The notes: generated by a model not told the origin, from the sequence alone. Shown: positions 1 through 10,427, counted from the stretch's first letter. The stretch is DNA of 64,000 nt from Acidobacteriota bacterium (GCA_046732715.1 JBKPNQ010000046.1:25465-89464), one strand, 5' to 3'. Translations and numbers: made by a program.

Positions 1-1
1 C

Positions 2-700
2 GTGGAACGGCTCGTACTTCTGAATCCTGATGATCGAATCGGCAAACGATGCCGCGCCGCGGTAGACGCGATCGGCGATTCCGCGGGTGACCGACACACG
101 CAACCCCCGCGACGCGATGCTCCACGGGGTCCCGTGGTCGTCGTAAATGAATGCGCCTCGCGACGCCAGCACGCTGCGGACGGTCGTCGTAAACCGCTTC
201 GGACCGGTCGACTTCGACTCGCGCGTGAATCTCGGAAAATTGTGCCGGCCGCGCGGAAACTCAGGGCTCGAAGGCCAGGTCTCGACCACCATGTCCCAGT
301 CGGTCATCTCGACCGACTCGACGATCAGCTGACGCGTGACAATCGTCCACCACGGCAGGATCACCTCGATCTTCTTTGCCTTGAGGAACGGACGATCGGT
401 CGGCTGCAGCCCCTCGATCAGGAGGTCCTCGACGACAAACACGCCGGGTGTGATCTTGGCGGACAGACGCCCGATATGCATCGGGCGCTCGATGTATTTG
501 GATCCCGCGCGCTCGGCGCGCTCGCGCAGCGACGGCCCGAGATCGACCGTGAAGAATGTCGCGATCGCACCGGCGACGACCGCGACGACGAGCGCCAGCA
601 GGGCGAGCGAATAGCGGCGCCACCGCGGTCGGCGAGGTGACGGCCGTTCCGCCTGTGGCGGCGCCTCGGGCTCGTCCTGCTGTGGCTGCGGTTCGTGCAT
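2..700 (-). CDS. AsmA/TamB-like membrane-anchored protein, N-terminal part (runs off left edge)
   Basis: Not in the supplied track because it has no stop in the window. Reverse translation from ATG 700-698 is open to position 2: MHEPQPQQDEPEAPPQAERPSPRRPRWRRYSLALLALVVAVVAGAIATFFTVDLGPSLRERAERAGSKYIERPMHIGRLSAKITPGVFVVEDLLIEG... It has a basic N-region and one TM helix, then sequence typical of AsmA/TamB N-termini. Confidence 0.6.
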   Translation of the reverse strand, partial: MHEPQPQQDEPEAPPQAERPSPRRPRWRRYSLALLALVVAVVAGAIATFFTVDLGPSLRERAERAGSKYIERPMHIGRLSAKITPGVFVVEDLLIEGLQPTDRPFLKAKKIEVILPWWTIVTRQLIVESVEMTDWDMVVETWPSSPEFPRGRHNFPRFTRESKSTGPKRFTTTVRSVLASRGAFIYDDHGTPWSIASRGLRVSVTRGIADRVYRGAASFADSIIRIQKYEPFH

Positions 701-726
701 GACGCGTTACTGGATCGACCCGGTGA

Positions 727-1239
727 TCACTCGATGACCATCAACACTCGGCCGGCCTCGACTGACGCGCCGGCGGTCACGGCCACCTCCTTGACGCGGC
801 CAGCCCTCGGCGAGCGCAGTTCGTTTTCCATTTTCATGGCCTCGACGACGACGACGGCCTGTCGCGCGGCCACATCGTCTCCCCGTGCCACCAGCAGGCG
901 AACGACTCGGCCAGGCATCGGCGCGACGACCGACTGTTCGCCCCGTGAATGCGTGCCGCCGTCGGCGGATGCGCGGCCCGTGCGGCGCCCGTCGACGAGC
1001 GCGGTGACGTCTCTGCCGTCGAGACGAACCAGCACCTCGCCCGGACTGCTGCCCGGCGAGATTTGAATGTCCCGACTCGCGCCGTCGCCATCAAGCAGCA
1101 GCGACAGGCCAAGATCCCCAATCCGGGCAGCATCGACCAGGTGCGCGTGACCCTCGACCATCACACGGTAGCGCCCGGCGTCGGCGCGCTCGACTGATAC
1201 CGTGCGGGCACGGCCGTTGATCTCGATATCGAACGTCAT
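727..1239 (-). CDS. biotin carboxyl carrier (biotin/lipoyl-attachment domain) protein
   Basis: ORF 727..1479 trimmed to ATG 1239 (MTFDIEING...), which overlaps the accC stop as ATGA. The C-terminus carries the biotinyl-Lys motif VVVEAMKMENEL. Confidence 0.8.
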   Translation of the reverse strand: MTFDIEINGRARTVSVERADAGRYRVMVEGHAHLVDAARIGDLGLSLLLDGDGASRDIQISPGSSPGEVLVRLDGRDVTALVDGRRTGRASADGGTHSRGEQSVVAPMPGRVVRLLVARGDDVAARQAVVVVEAMKMENELRSPRAGRVKEVAVTAGASVEAGRVLMVIE

Positions 1240-2753
1240 TCGCGCAGCGCCTCGCGCCGCGCGGCCTGTTTCCAGTGAGTCGTGCTTCCCGGCGTACCCG
1301 GTGCGACCGAGTGCGCATGAGCGCGCAAGTAGGCATCGAGTGCCGTCGCGATCGACGCGATCTCCTCGTCTGCCGGCGTCAACTCGCTGAACGACGCTCC
1401 CGCGCGATCGACGAGCAGGCGATCGAGGTAGGTCGTGTCGTAGCGGCCGGCGACGTACTCCGGTTGACGCATGAGCCACAGAAAGAACGGGATCGTCGTG
1501 CGAATGCCGAGTACCTCGTACTCACGAAGCGCCCGAGACATTCGCTCCACGGCTTCGGGTCTCGAGCCACCCCACGCGATGAGCTTGGCAATCATCGAGT
1601 CGTAAAACACCGGCACCGTATATCCGACGCTCACCCCTCCGTCGTCGCGAACGCCAGGCCCCGAGGCGGGTCGGAGCCCGCGAATCAGTCCGGGAGACGG
1701 CATGAATCCCAGATCCGGATCCTCGGCGTAGAGGCGACACTCAATCGCATGGCCGCGAGCGGTGAGCGCCACTTCCGGATCGAGGTCGAGCCGTTCCCCG
1801 CGTGCGATGCGGATCTGCCACTGCACCAGGTCGGTGCTCGTCACCATCTCCGTGACCGGATGCTCGACCTGCAAGCGCGTGTTCATCTCGAGGAAGTAAA
1901 ACGAGCCGTCCTGATCGAGCAGGAATTCAATCGTCCCGGCATTGGCATAGTTGACCGCGCGCGCCACGACCGCAGCAGCCTGCGCCATGTCGCGCCGCAA
2001 TGCCGGCGCGACCGCGATCGATGGCGACTCCTCGACGACTTTCTGGTGGCGGCGCTGGATCGAGCATTCACGCTCGACAAACGGCACGATCGTCCCGTGC
2101 TCGTCGCCGAGCAACTGGATTTCAATGTGCCGCGGACGCACGAGACGGCGTTCGAGATAAATCGAGCCATCGCCAAATGACGAACGCGCTTCCGAGCGCG
2201 CCGACTGAATCGCCGCGCGGAGCGACCCCCGCTCCTCGACGGTGCGCATGCCCTTTCCCCCACCGCCGGCGACCGCTTTCACGAGCAATGGAAATCCGAC
2301 GCCGTCAGCAATCCGCGCGATCTCGTCGTCAGCGATCCGCTCATCGAGCGGCTTCTCGGTGCCGGGAACGACAGGGACGCCGGCCTTCCGCGCCACCTCC
2401 CGTGCGGCCGTCTTGCTGCCCATCATCGCGATCGCTTCGGGAGAAGGGCCGATGAAGGTCAATCGAGCATCGCGACAGGCGCTGGCAAACGCCGCGTTCT
2501 CGGCGAGGAATCCGTACCCGGGATGGACCGCGTCCGCTCCCGCTTTTCTCGCCGCATCGATGATGGCGTCGATGCGTAGATAGGACGCGGCCGCCTCGCT
2601 CGGGCCAATGTGCAGTGCCTGATCAGCCTCGCGCACGTGGCGCGCCGTCCGATCGCAGTCAGAGTAGACGGCAACCGTCGGCAACCCCATTTCACGACAC
2701 GCCCGGATAATCCGAACGGCGATCTCGCCGCGGTTGGCAATGAGAATTTTCAT
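1236..2753 (-). CDS. accC: biotin carboxylase subunit of an acetyl/propionyl-CoA carboxylase
   Basis: 505 aa. MKILIANRGEIAVRIIRACREMG, GGGGKGMR and EMNTRLQVEHPVTE are ATP-grasp biotin carboxylase signatures. Confidence 0.95.
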   Translation of the reverse strand: MKILIANRGEIAVRIIRACREMGLPTVAVYSDCDRTARHVREADQALHIGPSEAAASYLRIDAIIDAARKAGADAVHPGYGFLAENAAFASACRDARLTFIGPSPEAIAMMGSKTAAREVARKAGVPVVPGTEKPLDERIADDEIARIADGVGFPLLVKAVAGGGGKGMRTVEERGSLRAAIQSARSEARSSFGDGSIYLERRLVRPRHIEIQLLGDEHGTIVPFVERECSIQRRHQKVVEESPSIAVAPALRRDMAQAAAVVARAVNYANAGTIEFLLDQDGSFYFLEMNTRLQVEHPVTEMVTSTDLVQWQIRIARGERLDLDPEVALTARGHAIECRLYAEDPDLGFMPSPGLIRGLRPASGPGVRDDGGVSVGYTVPVFYDSMIAKLIAWGGSRPEAVERMSRALREYEVLGIRTTIPFFLWLMRQPEYVAGRYDTTYLDRLLVDRAGASFSELTPADEEIASIATALDAYLRAHAHSVAPGTPGSTTHWKQAARREALRE

Positions 2754-2931
2754 GAAACGCGTCAGGCAGGGGCTGGCCGTACTCCGCGCAACGGCTCGGG
2801 CATCCGAGGTAATTGTAACTCGGAAGGGAGCTACGGGATAAATGGAGATTACAGAGGCAACGGAGAAGATTCACAACGAAGGAACGAAGTAAACGAAGAC
2901 GAACGAGGAAGAAATGCCCTCCGGCCCCGAC

Positions 2932-4473
2932 TCACAAGGGAATATTCCCGTGCTTCTTCGCCGGATTCTTATCCCGCTTCGTGTCGAGCATGGAGAGTGC
3001 GGTGATCAGCTTCGCGCGGGTCTGCCGCGGCCTGATGACTTCGTCGACGAAACCGCGCGAGGCGGCGATATAGGGGTTGGCGAACTTCTCCTTGAACTCC
3101 GCCACGCGCCGAGCTCGAGCGGCGTCCTTGTCGTCGGCGGAATCGATTTCACGCTTGTAGAGAATGTTCACCGCGCCTTCGGGCCCCATGACGGCAATTT
3201 CGGCGGTCGGCCATGCCAGGTTCACGTCCGTGCGAATGTGCTTGCTCGACATCACGCAATACGCCCCGCCGTACGCCTTGCGCGTAATGACGGTCATCTT
3301 TGGTACCGTCGCTTCCGCGAACGCAAACAGCAGCTTCGCGCCGTGGCGAATGATCCCGCCGTATTCCTGTCGGGTGCCCGGGAGAAACCCCGGCACGTCT
3401 TCGAAGGTGACCAGTGGAATGTTGAAGGCGTCGCAGAAACGTACGAAGCGCGCCCCCTTCACCGATGCGTCGATATCCAGCGTCCCGGCCAGGTACGCAG
3501 GCTGATTCGCGACGATGCCGACCGGACGGCCACCGAGCCGGGCGAATCCAACAATGAGATTGCGCGCGAAATGACGGTGCACTTCCAGAAACGCGCCGTC
3601 GTCGAACACCGAGTGCACGAGATCGTGCATGTCGTACGGCTGATTCGGTGACTCAGGAACGAGTCGATCCAGCGCGTCGTCCTCGCGATCGAGCGGATCG
3701 GACGACTCGCGGCGGGGCGGATCGTCGACGTTGTTGCCAGGCAAATAGCCCAGCAGGTCGCGAATCAGCCGGAGGCACTCGCGATCGCCGGCGACCGCAA
3801 AATGCGCCACGCCGCTGGTCGCGTTGTGCGTCATCGCGCCGCCGAGCTCTTCTTTCGTCACTTCTTCGTGGGTGACGGTCTTGATGACGTCTGGCCCGGT
3901 GACGAACATGTAGCTCGTGCCCTCGACCATGATGTTGAAGTCGGTGATCGCGGGCGAGTACACCGCGCCGCCGGCGCAGGGGCCCATGATTGCCGAAACC
4001 TGTGGAATGACACCGGAGGCGAGGGTGTTGCGAAGAAAGATATCGGCGTAGCCGCCGAGCGATAGCACGCCTTCCTGGATCCGTGCGCCGCCCGAGTCGT
4101 TCAACCCGACGACCGGCGCGCCCATCTTGAGGGCGAGGTCCATGATTTTCACGATCTTTGCGGCGTTCGTCTCGGACAGCGAACCCCCAAAAACCGTGAA
4201 GTCCTGCGCGAAGGCATAAACCGGACGTCCCTCTACGCGCCCGACGCCGGCGACGACGCCGTCGCCAGGCACGATCTGCTCGTCCATCCCGAAGTCTCGG
4301 CAGCGATGGGTGACGAGCTTGTCGACCTCCTCAAACGATCCCGGATCGTAGAGGAACTCGATGCGCTCGCGCGCGGTCAGTTTGCCAGCGTCGTGCTGCT
4401 TGCGCAGTCGATCTTCGCCGCCGCCCAGCTCCGCCCGCCGCTCCAGGTCTTCGAGATATTTGAGTGCGTCCAC
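2932..4473 (-). CDS. acyl-CoA carboxylase carboxyltransferase (beta) subunit, PccB/methylmalonyl-CoA carboxyltransferase-like
   Basis: 513 aa. [47 protein letters not shown] and [12 protein letters not shown] match the carboxyl-transferase domain. Confidence 0.9.
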   Translation of the reverse strand: MDALKYLEDLERRAELGGGEDRLRKQHDAGKLTARERIEFLYDPGSFEEVDKLVTHRCRDFGMDEQIVPGDGVVAGVGRVEGRPVYAFAQDFTVFGGSLSETNAAKIVKIMDLALKMGAPVVGLNDSGGARIQEGVLSLGGYADIFLRNTLASGVIPQVSAIMGPCAGGAVYSPAITDFNIMVEGTSYMFVTGPDVIKTVTHEEVTKEELGGAMTHNATSGVAHFAVAGDRECLRLIRDLLGYLPGNNVDDPPRRESSDPLDREDDALDRLVPESPNQPYDMHDLVHSVFDDGAFLEVHRHFARNLIVGFARLGGRPVGIVANQPAYLAGTLDIDASVKGARFVRFCDAFNIPLVTFEDVPGFLPGTRQEYGGIIRHGAKLLFAFAEATVPKMTVITRKAYGGAYCVMSSKHIRTDVNLAWPTAEIAVMGPEGAVNILYKREIDSADDKDAARARRVAEFKEKFANPYIAASRGFVDEVIRPRQTRAKLITALSMLDTKRDKNPAKKHGNIPL

Positions 4474-5127
4474 CTACGCCTTCACTGCCTGTGCCTTCTC
4501 CCAGTCCTTCAGGAACTTCTCGAGACCGATGTCGGTCAACGGATGACGGAACATGCCGTCGATCACGGCTGCCGGACAAGTGCAGATGTCAGCGCCTATT
4601 CGCGCCGCTTCCACGATGTGAATCGAGTGTCGCACCGAGGCGACGAGAATCTGCGTCGAGAACTCATAGTTCTCGTAGATGTCGACGATCTCCTTGATCA
4701 GATTCATTCCCGACGTCGCGATATCGTCGAGACGGCCGACGAACGGGCTGACGAAATACGCACCGACCTTGGCAGCGATCAGCGCCTGCGTCGGCGAGAA
4801 CACCAGCGTCACATTGACCTTCTTGCCCTCGGACGACAGCGCTTTGCAGGCCTTCACGCCTTCCTTCGTGAACGGCACCTTCACGACGATGTGCTCGTCG
4901 ATGGCGGCGAGTTCACGACCCTGACGAATCATGCCCTCGGCGTCCGTAGCCACGACCTCGGCGCTCGTGGGTCCCTTGACGATGTGGCAAATCTTCTTCA
5001 GGATTTCCTTGTAGTCGCCGCCTTCCTTCGCCAGCAGCGAGGGATTGGTCGTGATGCCGTCGATGATACCGAGCGGCACCAGCGCTTCGATTTCCTTCAA
5101 GTTGCCCGAATCAATGAATAACTTCAT
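4474..5127 (-). CDS. transaldolase / fructose-6-phosphate aldolase family (short class)
   Basis: 217 aa. MKLFIDSGNLKEIEALVPLGIIDGITTNPSLLAK and HIVVKVPFTKEG. The stop abuts the start of the carboxyltransferase gene. Confidence 0.85.
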   Translation of the reverse strand: MKLFIDSGNLKEIEALVPLGIIDGITTNPSLLAKEGGDYKEILKKICHIVKGPTSAEVVATDAEGMIRQGRELAAIDEHIVVKVPFTKEGVKACKALSSEGKKVNVTLVFSPTQALIAAKVGAYFVSPFVGRLDDIATSGMNLIKEIVDIYENYEFSTQILVASVRHSIHIVEAARIGADICTCPAAVIDGMFRHPLTDIGLEKFLKDWEKAQAVKA

Positions 5128-5319
5128 GACCTACCTCTCGGTTTCACTCCGCGGGACTTCGCCCCTCGGACTCCCCACACGCTCTCTCCCGAGCCGCGTC
5201 GTCGGCTCGTTCCGTTCGCGTGGCTCGCTTCGCCTCGCTCGCATCTTCTTTCGAGTAGCCTCGCCTCGTCATAGCACAGGCCGATCTGATGGTAAGAACC
5301 GGCGTCGCGGAGCGACCGA

Positions 5320-6771
5320 TCATCGTGCGGTCTCTTCCAGCCGCGCCGACGGGGCGCTTCGATTCGGTGGCGTCGCCTTGTCCACGGCGATGATGGCGTA
5401 GACGTAGCGCACTCCCGGCTTGACCGTCTTGTCCTCGTAGCTCGTCGCCGTAATCGGTGCGGGCGTCAGCGGCTGAAGTGTGTCACCCGGCGCCTCGCCG
5501 CGCAAGACCAGGTAACCGGCGAGATCGGCTTCGCTGTTCGCGTCCCATCCGAGGTTCATCGTGCCGCTTCCTGCCACAATCGAGAATCCCTTCGGCGCGA
5601 CCGGCGCGAAGGTGTCGCGCGGCGTCAGGCACACCGCGTCTGACGGAGTACTTTCGAGGCTGATGTTGGCAACCTTTTCAATCGCTCTCAGCGTGAAGCA
5701 TTCCTCCGTGCCGAAGGTGACGCCCGCGCGTTCGAACTTTCCTGCTGCGACCGGTGTCGGGTTAATTGGATCGGCACTTCCAGCCTTATAAACATTGTAG
5801 GCAATCGGCGTCGCGGACGCCGGCGGCGACCACGTCAGGACAATGGAGGTCTCCGTTGAGGTCGCGGCGGGCACCGGCGGCACTGCCGGCGGCGCCACGA
5901 GGGGCAGTTCGAGACGAGTCGACGGTGGTCCGGGCCGCCCGCTCTTCGTGACGCCACGCACGACGTACAGTCGCGCCGGATAGTTCGGCAACGGCGGAAG
6001 AGGCGGCACCGGCGCGATCGCCGCTGACGTGGCAGTCGAACTCCCCGGAATTTGCGGCAGAGGCGTCGGTGTCCCCGGAAGTGCGGCAGCGTCTGGGACC
6101 TGAACTGTCTCGATCCCGGCGGCACCTGGCGCCGCCGGTGCTGCAGGTTGCGTAATCGGCGCCACGCCGGCCGCTCCCGGCGCGGAGGGGACTGTCGGCT
6201 CGGCGACCGGTGCCACACCAGCCGCGCCTGGTGCAGCACCCGTCGTTGGTTGACCGACCGCGGTCGGCTGGGCCGCCGTCGGCGTTCCAGGTGGCGTCGA
6301 CGGTGACGCACCGGCGGGCGTGGCTGGCTGCTTCGGCAACGCCGTGAAGACCGGCTGCAGCCTCTCCGTGGTCAGCTCTTCTACGAACGTCGTCTTCTCA
6401 CCAACCGACGGACGCTTATCCTCGGGTAGAGTTTCCGGCGGCGCTTCGCCCTCCACCGGTGGCGGCTTGATCGCAATCGTCGCCACTCGATACTTCGATA
6501 CCAGCAGTTCCCGATTGGCAGGGCGGACCGCACCGGCGGCAACGGTCGCGGCAAACACTTCAATCCGGTCCAGCGCGACCGGGCCGGGGCCGTTCACGTT
6601 CGTCGCTGGAACATCAAAGCGAATCTGCGCCTCGTCACCTGTGCGCCCGACACTGACATTGGCCGGCGCGACGGGTACGACGTGCAGGGGTGCCAGCGGC
6701 GGACCTTTACGGCCGCAGGCGAAGCAACATGCCGCGATCAAAATGACAGCAAGCCGTCGCCTGGCGCTCAT
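5320..6771 (-). CDS. lipoprotein with Pro/Ala-rich repeat region and two fibronectin-III-like modules
   Basis: 483 aa. Lipobox-like LIAACCFAC-G. A 17-aa tandem repeat APGAAGVAP.. is present. C-terminal modules are IVLTWSPP...YNVY and MNLGWDAN...YVYAIIAVD. The start overlaps the hslU stop. Confidence 0.6.
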   Translation of the reverse strand: MSARRRLAVILIAACCFACGRKGPPLAPLHVVPVAPANVSVGRTGDEAQIRFDVPATNVNGPGPVALDRIEVFAATVAAGAVRPANRELLVSKYRVATIAIKPPPVEGEAPPETLPEDKRPSVGEKTTFVEELTTERLQPVFTALPKQPATPAGASPSTPPGTPTAAQPTAVGQPTTGAAPGAAGVAPVAEPTVPSAPGAAGVAPITQPAAPAAPGAAGIETVQVPDAAALPGTPTPLPQIPGSSTATSAAIAPVPPLPPLPNYPARLYVVRGVTKSGRPGPPSTRLELPLVAPPAVPPVPAATSTETSIVLTWSPPASATPIAYNVYKAGSADPINPTPVAAGKFERAGVTFGTEECFTLRAIEKVANISLESTPSDAVCLTPRDTFAPVAPKGFSIVAGSGTMNLGWDANSEADLAGYLVLRGEAPGDTLQPLTPAPITATSYEDKTVKPGVRYVYAIIAVDKATPPNRSAPSARLEETAR

Positions 6772-8153
6772 CAGAGGATGTAGCGCGACAGATCGTCGTT
6801 GCCGACGATGTCGGCAAGCATGCGCTCCACGTACGCCTCGTCTATGGTGATGTCCTTGTCGGCAAGATCTGGCGCGTTGAACGACACGTCGTCAAGCAGC
6901 TTTTCCATGACGGTGTGAAGCCGGCGCGCGCCGATGTTTTCGGTGCGCTCGTTGACCAGCGTCGCGAAGTCGGCAATCCGGCCAATCGCTCCGTCGGTGA
7001 ATCGGATGGTGAGTCCTTCCGTCGAAAGCAGCGCCGTGTACTGCTTGATGAGCGCGCTCTTCGGCTCGGTCAGGATACGCACGAAATCGCCGCGTCCGAG
7101 CGCTTCGAGCTCGACGCGAATGGGAAACCGGCCCTGGAGCTCAGGAATCAGATCCGCCGGCTTTGAAACGTGGAATGCACCCGCGGCAATGAACAGGATG
7201 TGATCCGTTTTCACCATCCCGTGTTTCGTGTTGACGGTCGTGCCCTCGACGATTGGCAAGATGTCGCGCTGCACGCCTTCACGGCTGACGTCTGGACCAT
7301 GTCCGCCTTCGCGTCCGGCCACCTTGTCGATTTCGTCGATGAAGATGATCCCGGCCTGCTGCACGCGATCGACCGCCGCGCGCGACACGGTTTCCATGTC
7401 GATGAGCTTTTGCTCCTCTTCCTGGGCCAGCGCCTCGAGCGCGGCCGGAACAACGAGGCGACGCTTGCGCGTCTTTCCCTGGAAGAGGCCTGGCAGCATG
7501 TCCTTGACGTTGATGTCGACCTCCTCGATCGACGAGCCGGCGATGATCTCAAACGACGGAAAGCTCTTCTCGCGAACGTCGATCTCGATCTGCTTGTGAT
7601 CGAGGCGTCCGTCGCGGAGCTGCTCGCGAAGTTTCTCCCGCGTCCGTTGCGCCTGTTCGCGTATCGCCGTCGCTTGATCGTCGAAGTCCGGCGCTGGCGG
7701 GAGCGGCGGCAACAGCAAATCGAGCACACGTTCCTCGGCTGCTTCGCGAGCCTTCTCGCGAACTTCGACCAGCCGCTCCTCCTTGACCATGTCGACGGCG
7801 AGCTCGACCAGATCGCGCACCATCGATTCGACGTCGCGGCCGACGTAGCCGACTTCCGTAAACTTCGACGCCTCCACCTTGATGAAGGGAGACTGCGCGA
7901 GACGCGCGAGCCGCCGGGCGATTTCCGTCTTGCCCACGCCGGTCGGGCCAATCATCAAGATGTTCTTCGGCGCGATCTCCTCGGCAATGTCGGGAGCGAG
8001 TTTCTGACGACGCGTCCGGTTCCTCAAGGCGATGGCGACGGCGCGCTTCGCCTGGGCCTGGCCGATCACGTACTTGTCGAGTTCAACGACAATTTCGCGC
8101 GGGGTCAGCGATTCGGTCGTCGACGCGGTAGTTTCTGGAAGATAGATGGGCAT
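6771..8153 (-). CDS. hslU: ATP-dependent protease ATPase subunit HslU
   Basis: 460 aa. [31 protein letters not shown], Walker [25 protein letters not shown]. Confidence 0.95.
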   Translation of the reverse strand: MPIYLPETTASTTESLTPREIVVELDKYVIGQAQAKRAVAIALRNRTRRQKLAPDIAEEIAPKNILMIGPTGVGKTEIARRLARLAQSPFIKVEASKFTEVGYVGRDVESMVRDLVELAVDMVKEERLVEVREKAREAAEERVLDLLLPPLPPAPDFDDQATAIREQAQRTREKLREQLRDGRLDHKQIEIDVREKSFPSFEIIAGSSIEEVDINVKDMLPGLFQGKTRKRRLVVPAALEALAQEEEQKLIDMETVSRAAVDRVQQAGIIFIDEIDKVAGREGGHGPDVSREGVQRDILPIVEGTTVNTKHGMVKTDHILFIAAGAFHVSKPADLIPELQGRFPIRVELEALGRGDFVRILTEPKSALIKQYTALLSTEGLTIRFTDGAIGRIADFATLVNERTENIGARRLHTVMEKLLDDVSFNAPDLADKDITIDEAYVERMLADIVGNDDLSRYIL

Positions 8154-8190
8154 GTGAATCGTACTTACGTGCTCGGTGCCGCAGGCGGAT

Positions 8191-8718
8191 CTACAACTCT
8201 TCGATGGTAATCGTGCTGTTCGTGTAAATGCAGATCGCCGCGGCGATTTCCATCGCCTGGGCAGCTATCGTCCGCGCATCGAGCGACGTGTGCCGCGCCA
8301 AGGCTTTCGCGGCCGCAAGCGCATACGCCCCGCCCGATCCAATGGCAATTATCCCGTCGTCCGGCTCAATCAGGTCGCCAGTGCCAGACAGGAGGAACGT
8401 CATGCGATTGTCCATGACGATCAGCATCGCCTCGAGCCGGCGCAGCAAACGATCCGTCCGCCAGTCCTTGGCCAGTTCGACGGCTGAGCGTTCGAGGTTG
8501 CCGCGGTATTGTTCAAGCTTCGCCTCGAATCGCGAAAAGAGCGCGAACGAGTCCGCCGCCGAGCCAGCGAAGCCTGCCAGAATACGATCGTTGTAGAGCT
8601 TTCGAATCTTTCGCGCGGACTGTTTCACGACGGTGTCGCCGAAGGTGACCTGTCCATCGCTGGCCATCACCGTCTGCCCGCCCTGCCGCACAGCCAGCAC
8701 CGTCGTCGCATGTAGCAT
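8191..8718 (-). CDS. hslV: ATP-dependent protease subunit HslV
   Basis: ORF 8191..8838 trimmed to ATG 8718: [27 protein letters not shown]... and [16 protein letters not shown]. This is the N-terminal-Thr hydrolase family. Confidence 0.85.
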   Translation of the reverse strand: MLHATTVLAVRQGGQTVMASDGQVTFGDTVVKQSARKIRKLYNDRILAGFAGSAADSFALFSRFEAKLEQYRGNLERSAVELAKDWRTDRLLRRLEAMLIVMDNRMTFLLSGTGDLIEPDDGIIAIGSGGAYALAAAKALARHTSLDARTIAAQAMEIAAAICIYTNSTITIEEL

Positions 8719-8858
8719 CAAACCGAGTCTATCAAAGCGCTCCGATGTCGTTATCCCTTGTCCCTTTCCAGTGTCTCCGTGCCACCCAAATGTGACAGAT
8801 CTATGACGAGGAGACGCAGTACAATAAGGAAAGGCCAACGAACTGTCGTAAGTTCAGC

Positions 8859-8874
8859 TGGCAAGACGGTTGCT
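8859..8874 (+). promoter_or_regulatory. sigma-54 (-24/-12) promoter candidate
   Basis: TGGCAAGACGGTTGCT versus consensus TGGCACG-N4-TTGCW. The GG and GC are correctly spaced, with one mismatch. It lies 33 nt upstream of ATG 8907, and a GGGGAGGGG Shine-Dalgarno sits between them. Confidence 0.5.
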
Positions 8875-8906
8875 GCTTCTGACCGTAGTCCGGGGAGGGG
8901 CTTGTA

Positions 8907-9929
8907 ATGACGTTTCGAGGATTCTCGATTGGGCTGGTCGCAGCACTCTCGCTGAGCCTGTCGCCCGCGTGGGCCCAGGAGCGAAGCCGACCGGCAGATA
9001 GCCCGACGACCGGATCCGCAGTCGCCAGGGGCAGCAGCGATTCGGGGTCGGCATCCTCCTCATCAAATTCCGGGTCGAATTCCGGATCCGGGGCCAGCAG
9101 TTCACCGAGCTCGTCTGGCTCTTGGATGGACAACTCGTCCCGCGGGGTTGAAACGCCGCGTGCGCCGGTACATCCTGACCAATACAACGCGGCAGCGGCC
9201 GATCAGCGCCGGAGTAACGGAGCGACGTCCGGTCGCGCCGTTCCGCGGAACGACGGGGCCGCCGCCGGCAGTCCGAGTGCAACCAGCGCGAATTCCGGAT
9301 CTGACGGACGGTCGAGTGATCGGAGCAGCACGGCGGTTCCCGCGTACAGCCGCCCGCGCGACGATCGAAATGCCACTGGTCGAGCGGTACCTCGCACAGG
9401 ACCGGTGCCGGACGACGACCATAACCATCATGGTGGTTACTACCCGTCCTACCCGGGATACATTTACGATCCGTACTATTCGTTCTACTACGATCCGTTC
9501 TACAGCACCCGCTACGGGTACTGGGCACCTTACGGCTACGGCTACGGACTGGGCTACTTCTCCTACGATCCGTTCCTGTTTGGCGCCTTCGGGTATCCGT
9601 ACTCGGGTGGCGCCTACGATCCGTATTTCTACGGCGGCGGAGGCACGGGCGGAGGCGGCGGGAGCAGCAGCGGATCGTCTTCTTCGCAGATCTATCCCGG
9701 GTCAGGATCGCTTCGCCTGAAGGTCAAGCCGCGCAATGCCGAGGTCTTTATCGACGGCCTCTCGGTTGGCACGATCGACAGCTTCGACGGCGTTTTCCAA
9801 CGCCTCGATGTTCAGGCCGGGCCGCACAAGATCGAGTTGCGCGCCGAAGGCTACCAGACGGAGCAATTCGATGTGATCGTCACGAATGGCGAAACCGTGA
9901 CTTACAAGGGAGATATGAAGCGCCGATAA
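8907..9929 (+). CDS. secreted low-complexity (Ser-rich, then Tyr/Gly/Pro-rich) protein with C-terminal PEGA domain
   Basis: 340 aa. Signal peptide ...LSPAWA-QE. The C-terminus LRLKVKPRNAEVFIDGLSVGT...AGPHKIELRAEGYQTEQFDVIVTNGETVTY fits the PEGA pattern. Confidence 0.75.
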   Translation: MTFRGFSIGLVAALSLSLSPAWAQERSRPADSPTTGSAVARGSSDSGSASSSSNSGSNSGSGASSSPSSSGSWMDNSSRGVETPRAPVHPDQYNAAAADQRRSNGATSGRAVPRNDGAAAGSPSATSANSGSDGRSSDRSSTAVPAYSRPRDDRNATGRAVPRTGPVPDDDHNHHGGYYPSYPGYIYDPYYSFYYDPFYSTRYGYWAPYGYGYGLGYFSYDPFLFGAFGYPYSGGAYDPYFYGGGGTGGGGGSSSGSSSSQIYPGSGSLRLKVKPRNAEVFIDGLSVGTIDSFDGVFQRLDVQAGPHKIELRAEGYQTEQFDVIVTNGETVTYKGDMKRR

Positions 9930-9938
9930 CTTCTGTCA

Positions 9939-10313
9939 GTGCTTTCCCGCATTGCCGCCATCTCGGGCCTCTACGACGCGATCGTAGGGGCCCTTTTACT
10001 GTGCGTGCCCGAATGGCTCGCTTCAACCTTCGGCGTTCCACCCGCCAGCCCGCGAATCTTCTCTGATTTGAACGCGCTGTTTCTGCTCTCGGTAGGGGCC
10101 GGCTACTACTTGCCCTGGCGGGACCCCTCTCGGTACCGCGGCTATCTCTGGGTCATGGGTCCGTTCCTGAAGGGCGCCGGCGCGCTCGCGTTCGTGCTCG
10201 ATTATGTTTACCGTGGCTCGCCAGCGTCCTTCCTGCTCTTCGCGGCCTCGGACGGTACGCTCGCTCTCGTAACGGCCTTCGCGCTCTTGAGGACGCGAGC
10301 TTCGAATCGCTAA
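9939..10313 (+). CDS. small integral membrane protein (about 4 hydrophobic segments)
   Basis: 124 aa with a GTG start. Hydrophobic stretches: LYDAIVGALLLCV, LNALFLLSVGAGYY, GAGALAFVLDYV, LALVTAFALL. Confidence 0.6.
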   Translation: MLSRIAAISGLYDAIVGALLLCVPEWLASTFGVPPASPRIFSDLNALFLLSVGAGYYLPWRDPSRYRGYLWVMGPFLKGAGALAFVLDYVYRGSPASFLLFAASDGTLALVTAFALLRTRASNR

Positions 10314-10427
10314 TCACTCGTCGCCGATCCTCGAGCCCCTGATCATTTTGAATCCCTCATCGTTGATCCGAGGATCAGTGATTCAACGATCAGGCATTCC
10401 ACGATGAGCGATCCGGGATCAGTGATT
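10312..10427. repeat. GATC-rich phased repeat with dyad symmetry, filling a convergent intergenic gap
   Basis: GGATCAGTGATT occurs at 10372-10383 and 10416-10427. The inverse AATCACT is at 10312-10318, and TGAATC/GATTCA at 10349-54/10380-85. The element spans the gap exactly, from stop 10313 to stop 10426. Confidence 0.6.

Noticed and set aside
2-640. Track ORF 2..640 (+), 212 aa
   Set aside because: It is Arg/Pro-rich nonsense-like sequence. The opposite strand (2..700) encodes a convincing TM-anchored AsmA/TamB-like N-terminus. This is a typical shadow ORF of high-GC DNA.
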